Assembly (NCBI GenBank): GCA_963422395.1
Contig: OY729431.1
Coordinates: forward strand, 1,792,001-1,856,000
Direction of reading: 5' to 3'
Length of the DNA stretch: 64,000 nucleotides
Origin: Vicinamibacteria bacterium
Lineage (GTDB): Bacteria > Acidobacteriota > Vicinamibacteria > Marinacidobacterales > Marinacidobacteraceae
In this document: positions 29,186-39,258 of the stretch, piece by piece
Layout: each line of letters starts with the position of its first letter
Position numbering within the stretch: the stretch's first letter is position 1
Translations under genes and position numbers: made by a program
The notes under the pieces: generated by a model
What the model was told of the DNA's origin: nothing
Database searches by the model: none
What the model saw: the letters and a program-made list of their open reading frames with translations, nothing else

Positions 29186-29415
29186 ACCTGTTGCGACCGA
29201 GCTTCCCGCTCGGGCGCGGCGCAGCGGGGGAATGTGTGAAAGGGGGTCTACCCCCTTTCACAGAATAGTGACCCAGAATCCGAGCTCGCTGCCTCCGGCA
29301 GCAGTTCGGATTCCCGGCGCGGAGCGCCGGGCGGTTCGGGGTGGGGCGTCCCCCTCTTCCCACGAGAGCGCGAAACCCAACCCTGCATCACGCCCCGCCC
29401 CCGGAGCGCTCAGCC
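29186..29415. repeat. Structured ~230-bp interspersed repeat, copy 2
   Basis: Same orientation as copy 1; its end overlaps the copA stop codon. Confidence 0.9.
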
Positions 29416-31614
29416 CGAACTCAGCCGCAAGGCGTTCAACACGACCGAGATCGAGGAAAACGCCATCGCCGCAGCCGCGATCTCGGGCGAGAGGAGCATC
29501 CCGGTCGCCGGATAGAAGACGCCGGCGGCGAGCGGAATCGCCGCGATGTTGTAGGCGAACGCCCAGAACAGATTCTGGCGGATCACCCGCAGCGACCGCC
29601 GCGCGAGCCGCACCGCGGTGCTGACCAGCCGCAGATCGGGCCGCATCAGGGTTACCGCCGCGGCTTCGCGGGCCACTTCGGTTCCCTCGGCGAGAGCGAT
29701 CCCGACATCGGCCCGGGCCAGCGCCGGAGCGTCGTTGATCCCATCTCCCACCATCGCCACCGGCCCGTATTCCGCCCGCAGTCGATCGATCGCGGCGAGC
29801 TTCGCGGCAGGAAGCAGACCGCCCGCGGTCCGGCGGATCCCGACCGCGGCGCCGGTGGCGGCGACCGCCGCCGGTTCGTCTCCCGAAAGGAGCGCGGCGG
29901 GAAGCCCGTCCTCAGCGAGACGGCGCACCAGTTCGGAGGCCTCGGGACGCGGCCGGTCCCGGAAGCCGATGGCTCCGACATGTTCGGAACCGCAGATCAC
30001 TTGCAACCAGCCGGACGCCCCATCGCCTTCACGCGGTTCCGGCGGTTCGAAACCCCGCTCCCGGGCGAGCCGCCTGCTCCCCACCCAGACGATCTCCCCT
30101 CCTTCGAGGGTCGCTGCCACCCCGCGGCCCGGCAGCGCCTCGAAGCGGCGAAGCGGCGAAAGCGAAATCCCCTCGCAGCGCGCGAAGGCGACGAGTGCGG
30201 CCCCGAGAGGATGCTCGGATCCCTGCTCGGCCGATGCCGCGAGCCGCAGGAGCTCGTCCCGGGCGGTCGCTGCGCCGGGCGAAACCGTCACCACTTCCGG
30301 CTCGCCGGCGGTCACCGTGCCGGTCTTGTCGAGCCCGATCGCCCGCACCGCGGCGAGTCCTTCGAGAGCGCTTCCGGAACGGAAGAGAATCCCCTGCCGG
30401 GCGCTTCGCCCGGTGGCCACCAGTACCGCGATCGGCGCCGCGAGCCCGAGGGCGCAGGGACAGGAGACCACCAGCACCGCCACGCTGCGCGAGAGGGCGA
30501 AGCTGCCGCTGCTCCCGGCGAAGAGCCACACCACCGCGGTCGCCGCCGCTACCACCATCACCACCGGAACGAAGACGGACGCCACCCGGTCGGCGGCGCG
30601 CTGGATGGGCACCTTTTCCGCCTGGGCCCGCCTCACCGCCGACGCGATCCGGGAGAGGGTGCTTTCCGACGCCGCACGGGAGACTTCGACCTCGATCGCC
30701 CCGGTGAGATTCCTCGCGCCGGCGATGACCGCGTCGGACACCGTTCGCTCCACGGGAATGCTCTCCCCGCTGACCAGGGATTCGTCCATCGCCGCCCCGC
30801 CCCGCACGATCCGGCCGTCGAGCGGGACTCGCTCCCCGGGCCGCACCAGGATGCGCTCTCCCACCGCTACCGCGGCCACCTCGACCAGCACTTCGCTGTC
30901 CGCGCGCAACACTCGAGCCCGATCGGGGGCGATGGCGAGCAGCCGCCGGAGCGCTTCGGAGGCTCGTCCTCGGGCCCGGTCTTCGAGCCACCGGCCGAGG
31001 CGGACGATGGCGACGACGATCGCCGCGGTATCGAAGAACAGTGGCCCGGCGGGACCGCCGCCCGCGAGCTGGAGGGTCGAAGCGAACCAGGCGGTTCCGG
31101 CGCCCAGCCCGATCAGGCTGTCCATGCCGAAGACCCGGTGCCGGATCGCCGCCGCGAGCGCCGCGGCAAAGCCGCGTCCGGCGAATCCGAGCACCGTCGT
31201 GGCCAGCAGGAACTGGAGGACCCGCCCGGCGCCGCTCGCCCCGAAGCCGCTCATCGCCACCGCCATCGCGAGCGCTGCGAGGCCGAGCGCGATTCCCACC
31301 GGAGCGAAGCCCCGGGCCGAATGCGGCTCCGGCGAGAACGATTCCTCGGGCCCTTCGCAGACCAGCCGGTACGGGCCCGCGGCGGCCACCGCTTCGGCGA
31401 CTCCGGCGGGGGGAGCGGTTCCGGCCCCTCCGTTCGGCGGCGAACCGGCGGCGAATCGGACCGAGAGGCCTCCGTTGGCGAGGTTCACCCGGGCGCTCTC
31501 CACTCCGGAAACCCTACCCACCGACTTCTCGATACTCGCCACGCAGCCGGCGCAGTGCATGCCCTCGATGCGGGCTTCGAAGTGCGTTTCGGAGGCGGCT
31601 GCAGGCGGGTCCAT
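29410..31614 (-). CDS. copA: P1B-type copper-translocating ATPase
   Basis: GMHCAGC metal-binding domain, CPCALGLA, DKTGT, SEHPL, GDGINDAPAL, YN and MAFSS Cu(I) signatures. Confidence 0.92.
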   Translation of the reverse strand: MDPPAAASETHFEARIEGMHCAGCVASIEKSVGRVSGVESARVNLANGGLSVRFAAGSPPNGGAGTAPPAGVAEAVAAAGPYRLVCEGPEESFSPEPHSARGFAPVGIALGLAALAMAVAMSGFGASGAGRVLQFLLATTVLGFAGRGFAAALAAAIRHRVFGMDSLIGLGAGTAWFASTLQLAGGGPAGPLFFDTAAIVVAIVRLGRWLEDRARGRASEALRRLLAIAPDRARVLRADSEVLVEVAAVAVGERILVRPGERVPLDGRIVRGGAAMDESLVSGESIPVERTVSDAVIAGARNLTGAIEVEVSRAASESTLSRIASAVRRAQAEKVPIQRAADRVASVFVPVVMVVAAATAVVWLFAGSSGSFALSRSVAVLVVSCPCALGLAAPIAVLVATGRSARQGILFRSGSALEGLAAVRAIGLDKTGTVTAGEPEVVTVSPGAATARDELLRLAASAEQGSEHPLGAALVAFARCEGISLSPLRRFEALPGRGVAATLEGGEIVWVGSRRLARERGFEPPEPREGDGASGWLQVICGSEHVGAIGFRDRPRPEASELVRRLAEDGLPAALLSGDEPAAVAATGAAVGIRRTAGGLLPAAKLAAIDRLRAEYGPVAMVGDGINDAPALARADVGIALAEGTEVAREAAAVTLMRPDLRLVSTAVRLARRSLRVIRQNLFWAFAYNIAAIPLAAGVFYPATGMLLSPEIAAAAMAFSSISVVLNALRLSSG

Positions 31615-31679
31615 GCCGTGCGAATTTAGCCTCGAGCCGCCGAAAGCCCCGGTGGGAGCCCGGCTACAATCGCTCGCCC

Positions 31680-32192
31680 TTGCCCGTCCGTCCAATCCTG
31701 CGTTACGGGGCGCCGCCGCTCACCACGCCCTCGGTTCCCATCGAGGACTTCAGCCGAGACTGGAAAAAGCTCTCGGAAGACATGACCGCCACGATGTACG
31801 CCGCACCCGGAGTCGGTCTGGCGGCGCCCCAGATCGGCGTGAATGTGCGGCTCATCGTGATCGACATCACGGTGGGAGAGGAGGATGGATGCCTCATCGT
31901 GATGGCGAACCCGGAGATCCTGGAGAGCGACGGCCGCCAGGCCGAAGAAGAAGGCTGCCTCTCGGTGCCCGGGTACGCCGGGGTGACGCGGCGGCCGGGG
32001 CGGGTGCTGGTTCGCGGGCAGCGGCTCGACGGCGAGTCCTTCGAAGTGCAGGCCAGCGGCCTCTTGGCACGCGCCTTCGCCCACGAAGTGGACCATCTCG
32101 ACGGGAAGCTGTTCCTCGACCGGCTGGGCGTCCTGAAACGCGATCTGATCCTCCGAAAACTCGATCGCCGCATCCGCCGCGGTGATTGGTAG
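31680..32192 (+). CDS. def: Peptide deformylase
   Basis: GVGLAAPQIG, EGCLSVP, HEVDHLDG; TTG start inferred. Confidence 0.95.
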   Translation: MPVRPILRYGAPPLTTPSVPIEDFSRDWKKLSEDMTATMYAAPGVGLAAPQIGVNVRLIVIDITVGEEDGCLIVMANPEILESDGRQAEEEGCLSVPGYAGVTRRPGRVLVRGQRLDGESFEVQASGLLARAFAHEVDHLDGKLFLDRLGVLKRDLILRKLDRRIRRGDW

Positions 32193-32213
32193 GAATCGGA
32201 TCCTTTCCCCAGG

Positions 32214-33254
32214 GTGGACCCAGCGAAAGCCGGCGGCCGGGAAGACCGCCTGCGGGTCGTCTTTCTCGGCACCTCGGGGTTCGCCGAGCCCATCCTCCGC
32301 GCTCTCGCCGAGCGCCACCGGGTGCTCCTGGTGGTCTCCCAACCCGCCCGCCCCGCCGGCCGGGGGCGCCGCCTCCGCCCCAGCCGGATCGAGCGCCTCG
32401 CCGAAAAGCTGGACCTGCCGCGGTTCGGCCCCGAGCGCATCCGCCGCCCGAGCGCCTGGGAGCGGATCGCGGCGCTGGCGCCGGACGCTCTGGTGGTCGC
32501 CGACTACGGCCAGATCCTGCCCGCCAGGCTGCTCGCGGTCCCTCGGCTCGGCAGCGTGAATGTCCACGCTTCGCTGCTGCCCGAACTCCGCGGCGCCGCG
32601 CCGGTTCCCTGGGCGGTGGCCCGGAGCTTCCGCCGCACCGGGGTCACCACGATGCTCATGGATGCCGGACTCGACACCGGCCCGATTCTGCTGCAGCGGG
32701 GAGTGGAGATACGGGAGGCCGAGACCGGCGGCAGCCTCCTCGCCCGACTCGCCGGAATCGGCGCCGGACTGCTCGTCGAGACCCTCTCCGGGCTGGCCCG
32801 GGGAGAGATCGCGCCCCGCCCCCAGGACGATGCGAAGGCCAGTGCGGCTCCGCGCATCGAAAAATCCGATCTGGCGCTCGACTGGACCGAAGGAGCCCGG
32901 GTGCTGGCGGCGCGGATCCGGGCATTCTCCCCGGCTCCCGGCGCCTTCACCGCGTTCTTCCCGCGAGGTTCCGGCGAACCGGTGCTGCTCAAGATCCATG
33001 CCGCCGAGGTCGGGACCGAGCCGGCCCCCGCCGACGCCTCCCCGGGCACGATCCGGACCTTCGGGCCTGGCGCGAGTCGGCTGGCCGTGGCCTGCGGAGG
33101 GGGCGCGCCGCTGCTGCCGTTGCGGGTTCAGGCCGCCGGCCGGCGGCCGCTGGAAATCGGGGACTTCCTGCGGGGGCACCCGGTGAGCGTGTTCCTCGAA
33201 GCCGGCGAAGCCCTCCGCGCCGCGGAGCACGAACCCGCCGCCAAAGGCGGCTGA
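32214..33254 (+). CDS. fmt: Methionyl-tRNA formyltransferase
   Basis: VFLGT, VSQP, YGQILP, NVHASLLP, RGAAP, LDTGPI. Confidence 0.95.
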   Translation: MDPAKAGGREDRLRVVFLGTSGFAEPILRALAERHRVLLVVSQPARPAGRGRRLRPSRIERLAEKLDLPRFGPERIRRPSAWERIAALAPDALVVADYGQILPARLLAVPRLGSVNVHASLLPELRGAAPVPWAVARSFRRTGVTTMLMDAGLDTGPILLQRGVEIREAETGGSLLARLAGIGAGLLVETLSGLARGEIAPRPQDDAKASAAPRIEKSDLALDWTEGARVLAARIRAFSPAPGAFTAFFPRGSGEPVLLKIHAAEVGTEPAPADASPGTIRTFGPGASRLAVACGGGAPLLPLRVQAAGRRPLEIGDFLRGHPVSVFLEAGEALRAAEHEPAAKGG

Positions 33255-33275
33255 CCCCAGACCGCGGCATCGAAG

Positions 33276-34169
33276 ATGGGACGCCGGCTGCGACGCTTCG
33301 CCGCGGGACTGGCGGTCCTCGCGGCAATCTCGGCAGTGCTGTACGGAGGCCTCGCGGCCTACGCCGCAACCCGCCCCCCGAAGCCGCGGCACGACTTCTT
33401 CCGCGCGCCGATCCGGAACCTCGCGCACCGCGGCGGCAGGGTCCAGGCACCAGAAGCCACCCTTCCCGCCTTCGCCGCTGCTGCCGCTGCCGGCGCCGAC
33501 GCGCTGGAGATGGATGTGCGGGTGACCGCCGACGGCGCCCTGGTGGTGATCCACGACGAAACCGTGGACCGCACCACCGACGGCCGCGGCCCGGTAGCCG
33601 GCATGACCCTCGAAGCGCTCCGCTCGCTGAACGCCGGGCACCGCTTCCAGGCGCCGGACGGCGGATTCCCCTACCGTGAGACTCCAGTCCGAATCCCGAC
33701 TTTTCGGGAGGTGATCGAGGCGCATCCGGATCTGTCCGTGGTCGTGGAAATGAAGACCGGGACCGCCTCCGAGCCGCTCTGCCGCGCGATTCGAGCCGCC
33801 GATCGCGAATCGGAGATCCTGGTCGCCGCATTCGCCCGGAAAACTCTCGAAGACTTCCGGGAGGCATGCCCCGGAGTCGCCACCGGAGCGGGTTTTCGGG
33901 AGGTCGTCTCGTTCCTCCTGCTGGCCCGCCTCGGGCTCACCGGTCTCTACGATGCTCCCGCGGACGCGCTGCTGGTCAGCGAGAGCAGCGGCCCGATCCG
34001 GGTCGTCACCTCCGGTTTCCTTCGCGCCGCCCGCCGGGTCGGCTTGCCGGTGATCGTCTGGACGGTGAACCGGACGGAAGACATGACCCGGCTCCTGGAT
34101 CTCGGCGTGGATGGCATCCTGACCGACGATCCCGCGGCCCTCCACGATGTCCTCGAAGCCCGCCGCTGA
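33276..34169 (+). CDS. Glycerophosphodiester phosphodiesterase
   Basis: AHRGG, PEATL, LEMDV, HDETVDRTT, VWTVN, GVDGILTD. Confidence 0.92.
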   Translation: MGRRLRRFAAGLAVLAAISAVLYGGLAAYAATRPPKPRHDFFRAPIRNLAHRGGRVQAPEATLPAFAAAAAAGADALEMDVRVTADGALVVIHDETVDRTTDGRGPVAGMTLEALRSLNAGHRFQAPDGGFPYRETPVRIPTFREVIEAHPDLSVVVEMKTGTASEPLCRAIRAADRESEILVAAFARKTLEDFREACPGVATGAGFREVVSFLLLARLGLTGLYDAPADALLVSESSGPIRVVTSGFLRAARRVGLPVIVWTVNRTEDMTRLLDLGVDGILTDDPAALHDVLEARR

Positions 34170-35673
34170 AACGCCGCCGCGCGCGCCCGAGGCGCAGGAG
34201 GCCGCTCTCCCGGCGCAGCCAGGAAAGGCCGGCGCGTCTTCCTCCCGACAGGACCCCTCCCGACAGGACTCCTCTCGACGGGACTCCTCGCCGCAAGGAC
34301 CGGAACCGCCGGCGGCGGCCCCGGCACGGCGGGCGGCGTTCGCGGTGTTGCTGCGGCTCGAAGCGGCTGCCCCGCACGCTCTCCCGCCCCGTCCCGATTC
34401 GCTCATCGCGCGCCTCGAAGACGCCTCCCGTCGGCCGCCGGACGACCGGGACCGGGCGCTCGCGCGCGAACTCATCTTCGGCGTACTGCGCTGGAGGCGG
34501 TCGCTCGACTTCGCCCTCGACACCTATTGTCGGCGGCCCGTGGCCACTCTCGACCCGCCGGTGAGGATCGCCCTCCGCCTCGGTCTCTATCAGCTGCGCT
34601 TTCTCGACCGGGTACCCGCGCGCGCCGCAGTGCACGACTCCGTATCCCTCGCGGCCGCCGGTGCGCGGGCGGGGCACGGCGCCTCCGGACTCGTGAATGC
34701 CGTCCTGCGCTCCTATCTCCGAGCCGACCATCCCTGGCCCCGACCTGGCGGCGATCCGCGGCTCTATCTGCGGGTGGGCCTCTCCCACCCCGACTGGCTG
34801 GTGGACCGCTATCTCGAAATGCTGGGCGAAAAGGGCGCCCGAAGGCGCTTCGAAGCCAACAATCGGACCCCGACGACCTTCTTGCGGGTGGGCCGGCGGC
34901 GCGATGTGGACGAAGTCCGTCGAGCGCTCCAGGAGCAGGGTGTGCAGACGGAACGATTTCCCCTGGCCCCCCGTTGCCTGCGGACGGTTTCCGGAAATCC
35001 GCAGGCGTCCTCGCTCCACGAGGAGGGGGCCTTCCATATCCAGGACGCCGGCTCGCAGCTCGTCGGCTGGCTGTTGCCGCTCGACGGCGCCCGGCGCTGC
35101 CTCGACGCCTGCGCCGCGCCCGGAGGCAAGGCCACTCTCCTCGCCGAACGGCTGGATCCCTGCCGGCTGATCGCCGCCGACCTCCGGCCGCGCCGGGCCG
35201 CTCTGCTCGCCGCAACGGCGCGCACGCTTGCGGCGGCCAACCTCGTTCCACTGTCGGCCGATGCTTCCGCGCCTCCGTTCCGAGCGGAAAGCTTCGATCG
35301 AGTGCTGCTGGACGCACCCTGCAGCGGTCTCGGCACTCTCTCCCGCAATCCGGACATCAAGTGGACCGCGTCTCCCGAGCGGCTGGCCGCGCTCGGTGCT
35401 GCGGCGCTCGGGATCCTTCGCGGCGCGCTTCGGCTCCTCGCTCCCGGCGGGATGCTCCTCTATTCGGCCTGTTCGCTCGAACCGGAAGAGACGAGCGCTC
35501 CCGTCCTGTCGGTGCTCCACGATTTTCCTGGAATCCGCCAGATTTCGCTCACCGACCGGCTCCCCGAACCGCTCTGGGGGCTCGTCGATGAAGATGGAGC
35601 GCTCCGGCTCGCTCCCGAGGACCGCGGCACCGACGGCTACTACGCCGCGCTGCTCGCCCGCGCTTCCACCTGA
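34147..35673 (+). CDS. rsmB: 16S rRNA m5C967 methyltransferase
   Basis: NusB-like N-domain, IQDAGSQ, DACAAPGGK, DAPCSGLG, YSACS. Confidence 0.92.
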   Translation: MSSKPAAETPPRAPEAQEAALPAQPGKAGASSSRQDPSRQDSSRRDSSPQGPEPPAAAPARRAAFAVLLRLEAAAPHALPPRPDSLIARLEDASRRPPDDRDRALARELIFGVLRWRRSLDFALDTYCRRPVATLDPPVRIALRLGLYQLRFLDRVPARAAVHDSVSLAAAGARAGHGASGLVNAVLRSYLRADHPWPRPGGDPRLYLRVGLSHPDWLVDRYLEMLGEKGARRRFEANNRTPTTFLRVGRRRDVDEVRRALQEQGVQTERFPLAPRCLRTVSGNPQASSLHEEGAFHIQDAGSQLVGWLLPLDGARRCLDACAAPGGKATLLAERLDPCRLIAADLRPRRAALLAATARTLAAANLVPLSADASAPPFRAESFDRVLLDAPCSGLGTLSRNPDIKWTASPERLAALGAAALGILRGALRLLAPGGMLLYSACSLEPEETSAPVLSVLHDFPGIRQISLTDRLPEPLWGLVDEDGALRLAPEDRGTDGYYAALLARAST

Positions 35674-35730
35674 GGCGGCGGCCCCTCGCCGGCACCATCG
35701 GCAACTACAATCCGCGCTCGCCGACTTCCC

Positions 35731-36495
35731 GTGAGCGTTGTTCGAATCCGCTGGATCCGGGGCGCCGCCGCGCCCGGTTCGCGCCTCTCCCGCGGACTGT
35801 TCCATCTCCTCACCGGGGTATCGCTGGCCGCGACCTTCGCCTTCGCGGCAACCGCGGCTTTCCTGATCGCCTCGGGGAGTGCCGATCCCTCGGCGCCCGA
35901 TCTGACCGGACTCGATCCCGAGACCGCCGCCCGTCAGCTCGAAGCCGTCGGCCTGCGACTGATCGAAGATCACCCGCGCTTCGACGACCAGGTCCCGGCA
36001 GGGCGGATCGCCTTCCAGGAACCGCCGCCGGGGACTTCCTTCAAGCGCGGCCGGTCGGTTCGAGTCTATCCGAGTCTCGGCCCCACCCGCCGTACCGTCC
36101 CGCGGCTCGAAGGGGGCACCCTGACGGAAGCACGCCGGCAGCTGGAGGCGGCCGAACTCGTGATCGGCCGAGTGGCCGAAGTCGAAAGCGACACCTACCT
36201 CATGGGCCGGGTCATCGCCCAGTCTCCGGCCGCCTACAGCGAAGCCCCTCCCGGCGCCGCGGTTTCGGTCCTGCTCTCCACCGGTTCGGAGCCGGAATCC
36301 TTCGTGATGCCCGACTTCATCGGCCGGCGCTACGGCGAGATCGCCGATGCCCTGAGCCGCGCACCGGTGCGGGTGCGGGATGTGCGCCGGGTCGAATACC
36401 GGGGGGTCCCGCGCGGGATCGTGGTGGATCAGACTCCTGCCGCCGGCTCGAAAGTCACCCGCCGCGACGGCATCGTGCTGACGCTGAGCCGCTGA
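35731..36495 (+). CDS. PASTA domain membrane protein
   Basis: N-terminal TM followed by three PASTA-like units (PDLTG, VPRLEG, MPDFIG). Confidence 0.88.
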   Translation: MSVVRIRWIRGAAAPGSRLSRGLFHLLTGVSLAATFAFAATAAFLIASGSADPSAPDLTGLDPETAARQLEAVGLRLIEDHPRFDDQVPAGRIAFQEPPPGTSFKRGRSVRVYPSLGPTRRTVPRLEGGTLTEARRQLEAAELVIGRVAEVESDTYLMGRVIAQSPAAYSEAPPGAAVSVLLSTGSEPESFVMPDFIGRRYGEIADALSRAPVRVRDVRRVEYRGVPRGIVVDQTPAAGSKVTRRDGIVLTLSR

Positions 36496-36509
36496 CCGCA
36501 GGCCGCCCG

Positions 36510-37154
36510 ATGCGGATCGCTCCTTCCCTGCTCTCCGCCGATTTCACCCGGCTCGCCGAGGAGATCCGAGTCGTTGCGGCCGCCGGCGCGGATCGGCTCC
36601 ATCTGGATGTCATGGACGGCCACTATGTGCCGAATCTGACCTTCGGACCCCTGTTGGTCGCCGCGGTCCGCCGCGCTACCGACTTGCCACTCGACGCCCA
36701 CCTCATGATCAGCAATGCTGCCGAGCGAATCGCCGACTATGCGGAGGCCGGAGCGAATGCCATCGCCGTTCATCCTGAATCGGTTCCGCAGCTGCACCAG
36801 ACGCTGGGCGGCCTGCGCGCGCTCGATGTCCGGCCGGGCATCGCCATCGCCCCGCGGACCCCGCTGGCGGCACTCGAAACGGCGCTCGCCGCTGCCGACC
36901 AGGCGATCGTCATGTCGGTGCAACCCGGCAGGGCGGGACAGCAATTCCTCGAAGGCAGCATGGAACGGGTGCGCCAGGTGCGCCGCATCGCCGAGCGGGT
37001 GAATCCCGGCCTCGAGATCGTGGTGGACGGCGGCATGAACGCAGACCGCATCGCCGCGGCGCGGGAGGCCGGGGCCGATGTGGTGGTGGCGGGTTCGGCG
37101 ATCTTCGCCGCCGCCGACCCCGCAGCGGCAGTTCGCAAGATGCTGGCTGCCTGA
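36510..37154 (+). CDS. rpe: Ribulose-phosphate 3-epimerase
   Basis: IAPSLLSADF, HLDVMDGHYVPN, DAHLM, VDGG, VAGSA. Confidence 0.97.
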   Translation: MRIAPSLLSADFTRLAEEIRVVAAAGADRLHLDVMDGHYVPNLTFGPLLVAAVRRATDLPLDAHLMISNAAERIADYAEAGANAIAVHPESVPQLHQTLGGLRALDVRPGIAIAPRTPLAALETALAAADQAIVMSVQPGRAGQQFLEGSMERVRQVRRIAERVNPGLEIVVDGGMNADRIAAAREAGADVVVAGSAIFAAADPAAAVRKMLAA

Positions 37155-37216
37155 CCCTGGCGTTCCCGGAAGCGGAAAGAAAGGTCTCCGCACGAGCTCA
37201 CCGAACCACCCCCGGG

Positions 37217-37246
37217 GCTCGCGCCACTTCATCCACAGGCTGCTAG
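37217..37246. mobile_element. Isolated right end of the CTAG MITE family
   Basis: GCTCGCGCCACTTCATCCACAGGCTGCTAG matches 39425-39454 at 28/30. Confidence 0.75.
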
Positions 37247-37278
37247 CCTCTCGGGTATCTGGAGTGTTCCGCCCCGTC

Positions 37279-38088
37279 ATGGATTCCGCTTGGTCGCCTT
37301 TCCGCTCGGTGCGGCTCGCAGTTGCGGCCGCGGGAGTGCTCACCGCCCTCTCCTGCGGTTCGCGGTCGTTACCGGATGCGCCCACCGGCGCGCAGGCGGA
37401 CCGGCGCCTGCTGGCTCTCGGCCAGCAGAACCTCGAGGACGGCGATTGGGAGACCGCCCGCACCTGGTTCCGGCAGCTCCTCGACAGCTATCCGCGCAGC
37501 CAATTCGCAGGAGACGCCCGGCTCGGGATCGCCGACACCTACGCCGGCCAGCGCGGCGCGCAGAACGCGCTGCTCGCTGCCAGCGAATACCGCGACTACC
37601 TGACATTCTTCCCGAACCACCCACGGGCTGATTACGCCCAGTTCCAGATCGCCTGGGGGCACTTCCGCAGGCGCCGGAGCGCCGACCGAGACCAGGAAGA
37701 CACCCGGATCGCCGCCGAGGAGTTCCGCAAACTTCTGGACCTCTATCCCAACTCGCGCTACTCGGAGGAGGCTCGGGAGCATCTGGCCGATTGCGAAGAC
37801 GACCTCGCGACCTCCAAGCTGCTCAAAGCGGAGTTCTACCAGGACCACCGCAACTGGTGCCGGGGGGCGATTCCCCGTCTGGAGGAGATCCTCGCCGAGC
37901 ACCCGGACTTCGGGCGGATCGCCGAGGTCCGGGCCCGACTCGGCCGAGCGTTGAGCGATTGCGGCCGGGAAAACGAAGCGCTCGTCCACTACCAGCGGAT
38001 CGTCGAGGAGCATCCGGACAGCGAGTTCGTCGAGCCGGCACGGCAGCGCATCCGCGAAATCCTCGAAAGAACCAGCACCGGAGGGTGA
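37279..38088 (+). CDS. bamD: Outer membrane assembly lipoprotein BamD
   Basis: Lipobox LSC, TPR-like YPRS, FPNHPRADYAQF, DRDQ, YPNSRY. Confidence 0.88.
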   Translation: MDSAWSPFRSVRLAVAAAGVLTALSCGSRSLPDAPTGAQADRRLLALGQQNLEDGDWETARTWFRQLLDSYPRSQFAGDARLGIADTYAGQRGAQNALLAASEYRDYLTFFPNHPRADYAQFQIAWGHFRRRRSADRDQEDTRIAAEEFRKLLDLYPNSRYSEEAREHLADCEDDLATSKLLKAEFYQDHRNWCRGAIPRLEEILAEHPDFGRIAEVRARLGRALSDCGRENEALVHYQRIVEEHPDSEFVEPARQRIREILERTSTGG

Positions 38089-38126
38089 ACTCCGGCCAGG
38101 ATGTGGAGGCGGCTCCCTCCGGGCCG

Positions 38127-38507
38127 CTACCGGACGGGGAGGCGCGCGGCGTCGAAACGGTCCCCGCAGTGGACCAGCGCGATGATCCGCTCTCCGGCGG
38201 CTGACCCCGCAAGCAGCACATCCCCTGCGACCAGGCCGCCGAGGAGCAGTTCCTCTGCATCGGTGAGGTCTCCGGGCCGGACCGCAAGCCCCACGACGCG
38301 CCAGCCCGCGATCTCCGCCCGCTGGAACCGCTGCTCGACCAACGATGCGAGCGAGGGCTCCTCGTCTCCGGCGGGTTCGAGACCCAGCACATCCACCTGC
38401 TGGTACCGCTTTTCGCCGTAGAGCAAGCCGCGCTGCCCGGAAAGGCCCCCCCGGGCATCCGCGCCGAGGAAGACATCCGGCGGCGTCCGAAGCAGTCGCG
38501 GACGCAC
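38127..38507 (-). CDS. Hypothetical protein
   Basis: Fills the gap after pgsA; 3' part of ORF 38127..38984 reads as globular; GTG start guessed. Confidence 0.4.
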   Translation of the reverse strand: MRPRLLRTPPDVFLGADARGGLSGQRGLLYGEKRYQQVDVLGLEPAGDEEPSLASLVEQRFQRAEIAGWRVVGLAVRPGDLTDAEELLLGGLVAGDVLLAGSAAGERIIALVHCGDRFDAARLPVR

Positions 38508-38524
38508 GCTCCGCTCAGTGCGCG

Positions 38525-39058
38525 TCAGAGGGAGACCGCGATCTTCCGGGAACGGGCGAAATAGTCGAACCCGGACCAGAGGGTGATTCCGCCCGCGATC
38601 CAGAGCCCGATCACCCCGAGCGGCGCCGCCGTCGGGAACCAGGCCACCACCACCACCATGAGCGCCGCATACACCTGCGCGTGCATCTTCACCTTGCCGA
38701 GCAGACTCACCGGCACACTCGTCCCCCGTTCGAGCGCCACCATCCGCAGCGCGGTGACCGCGAACTCCCGCCCCACGATGACGATAGCGATCCACGAGGG
38801 GCAGAGCCCCCGGGCGACGAGACAGATGTACACCGTCGAAATCAGGAACTTGTCGGCGATGGGATCGAGCAGGACACCCACCGGAGTGACCTGGTTCCGT
38901 CGGCGGGCGAGATGACCGTCCAACAGATCGGAGAGCCCGGCAAGCCCGACGACCATGAAGCTCACCGGCTGCCAGCCGGGCCACTCGGCGAGGAGCGCCA
39001 CCGCCGCGACCGGGGTCAGCAGGATCCGGAGCAGCGTAAGACGGTTCGCCACACTCAT
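38525..39058 (-). CDS. pgsA: CDP-diacylglycerol--glycerol-3-phosphate 3-phosphatidyltransferase
   Basis: NRLTLLR, DLLDGHLAR, GVLLDPIADK, REFAVT, GKVK. Confidence 0.9.
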   Translation of the reverse strand: MSVANRLTLLRILLTPVAAVALLAEWPGWQPVSFMVVGLAGLSDLLDGHLARRRNQVTPVGVLLDPIADKFLISTVYICLVARGLCPSWIAIVIVGREFAVTALRMVALERGTSVPVSLLGKVKMHAQVYAALMVVVVAWFPTAAPLGVIGLWIAGGITLWSGFDYFARSRKIAVSL

Positions 39059-39258
39059 CCCGTTCACACCCTCGATCGGTTCTCCGCGCCCCGCGCGCAA
39101 CGCACCGATGCTATCAGCCGGAGCCCCCCGACGGCTTCTTTCGCGAGACGCGGCTTGCTTCCGGCAGGTTTGCGCCCGGCTGGCCTGCGCCCAGAGGGAC
39201 GACGGTTCGACCGTGCGGGTATCCTCTCCTCCTCCATCCCATGCGGCTCGGCGAGACC

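Noticed and set aside
30755-30790. CopA actuator motif SGES instead of TGES
   Set aside because: Conservative substitution with all other motifs intact; not evidence of inactivity.
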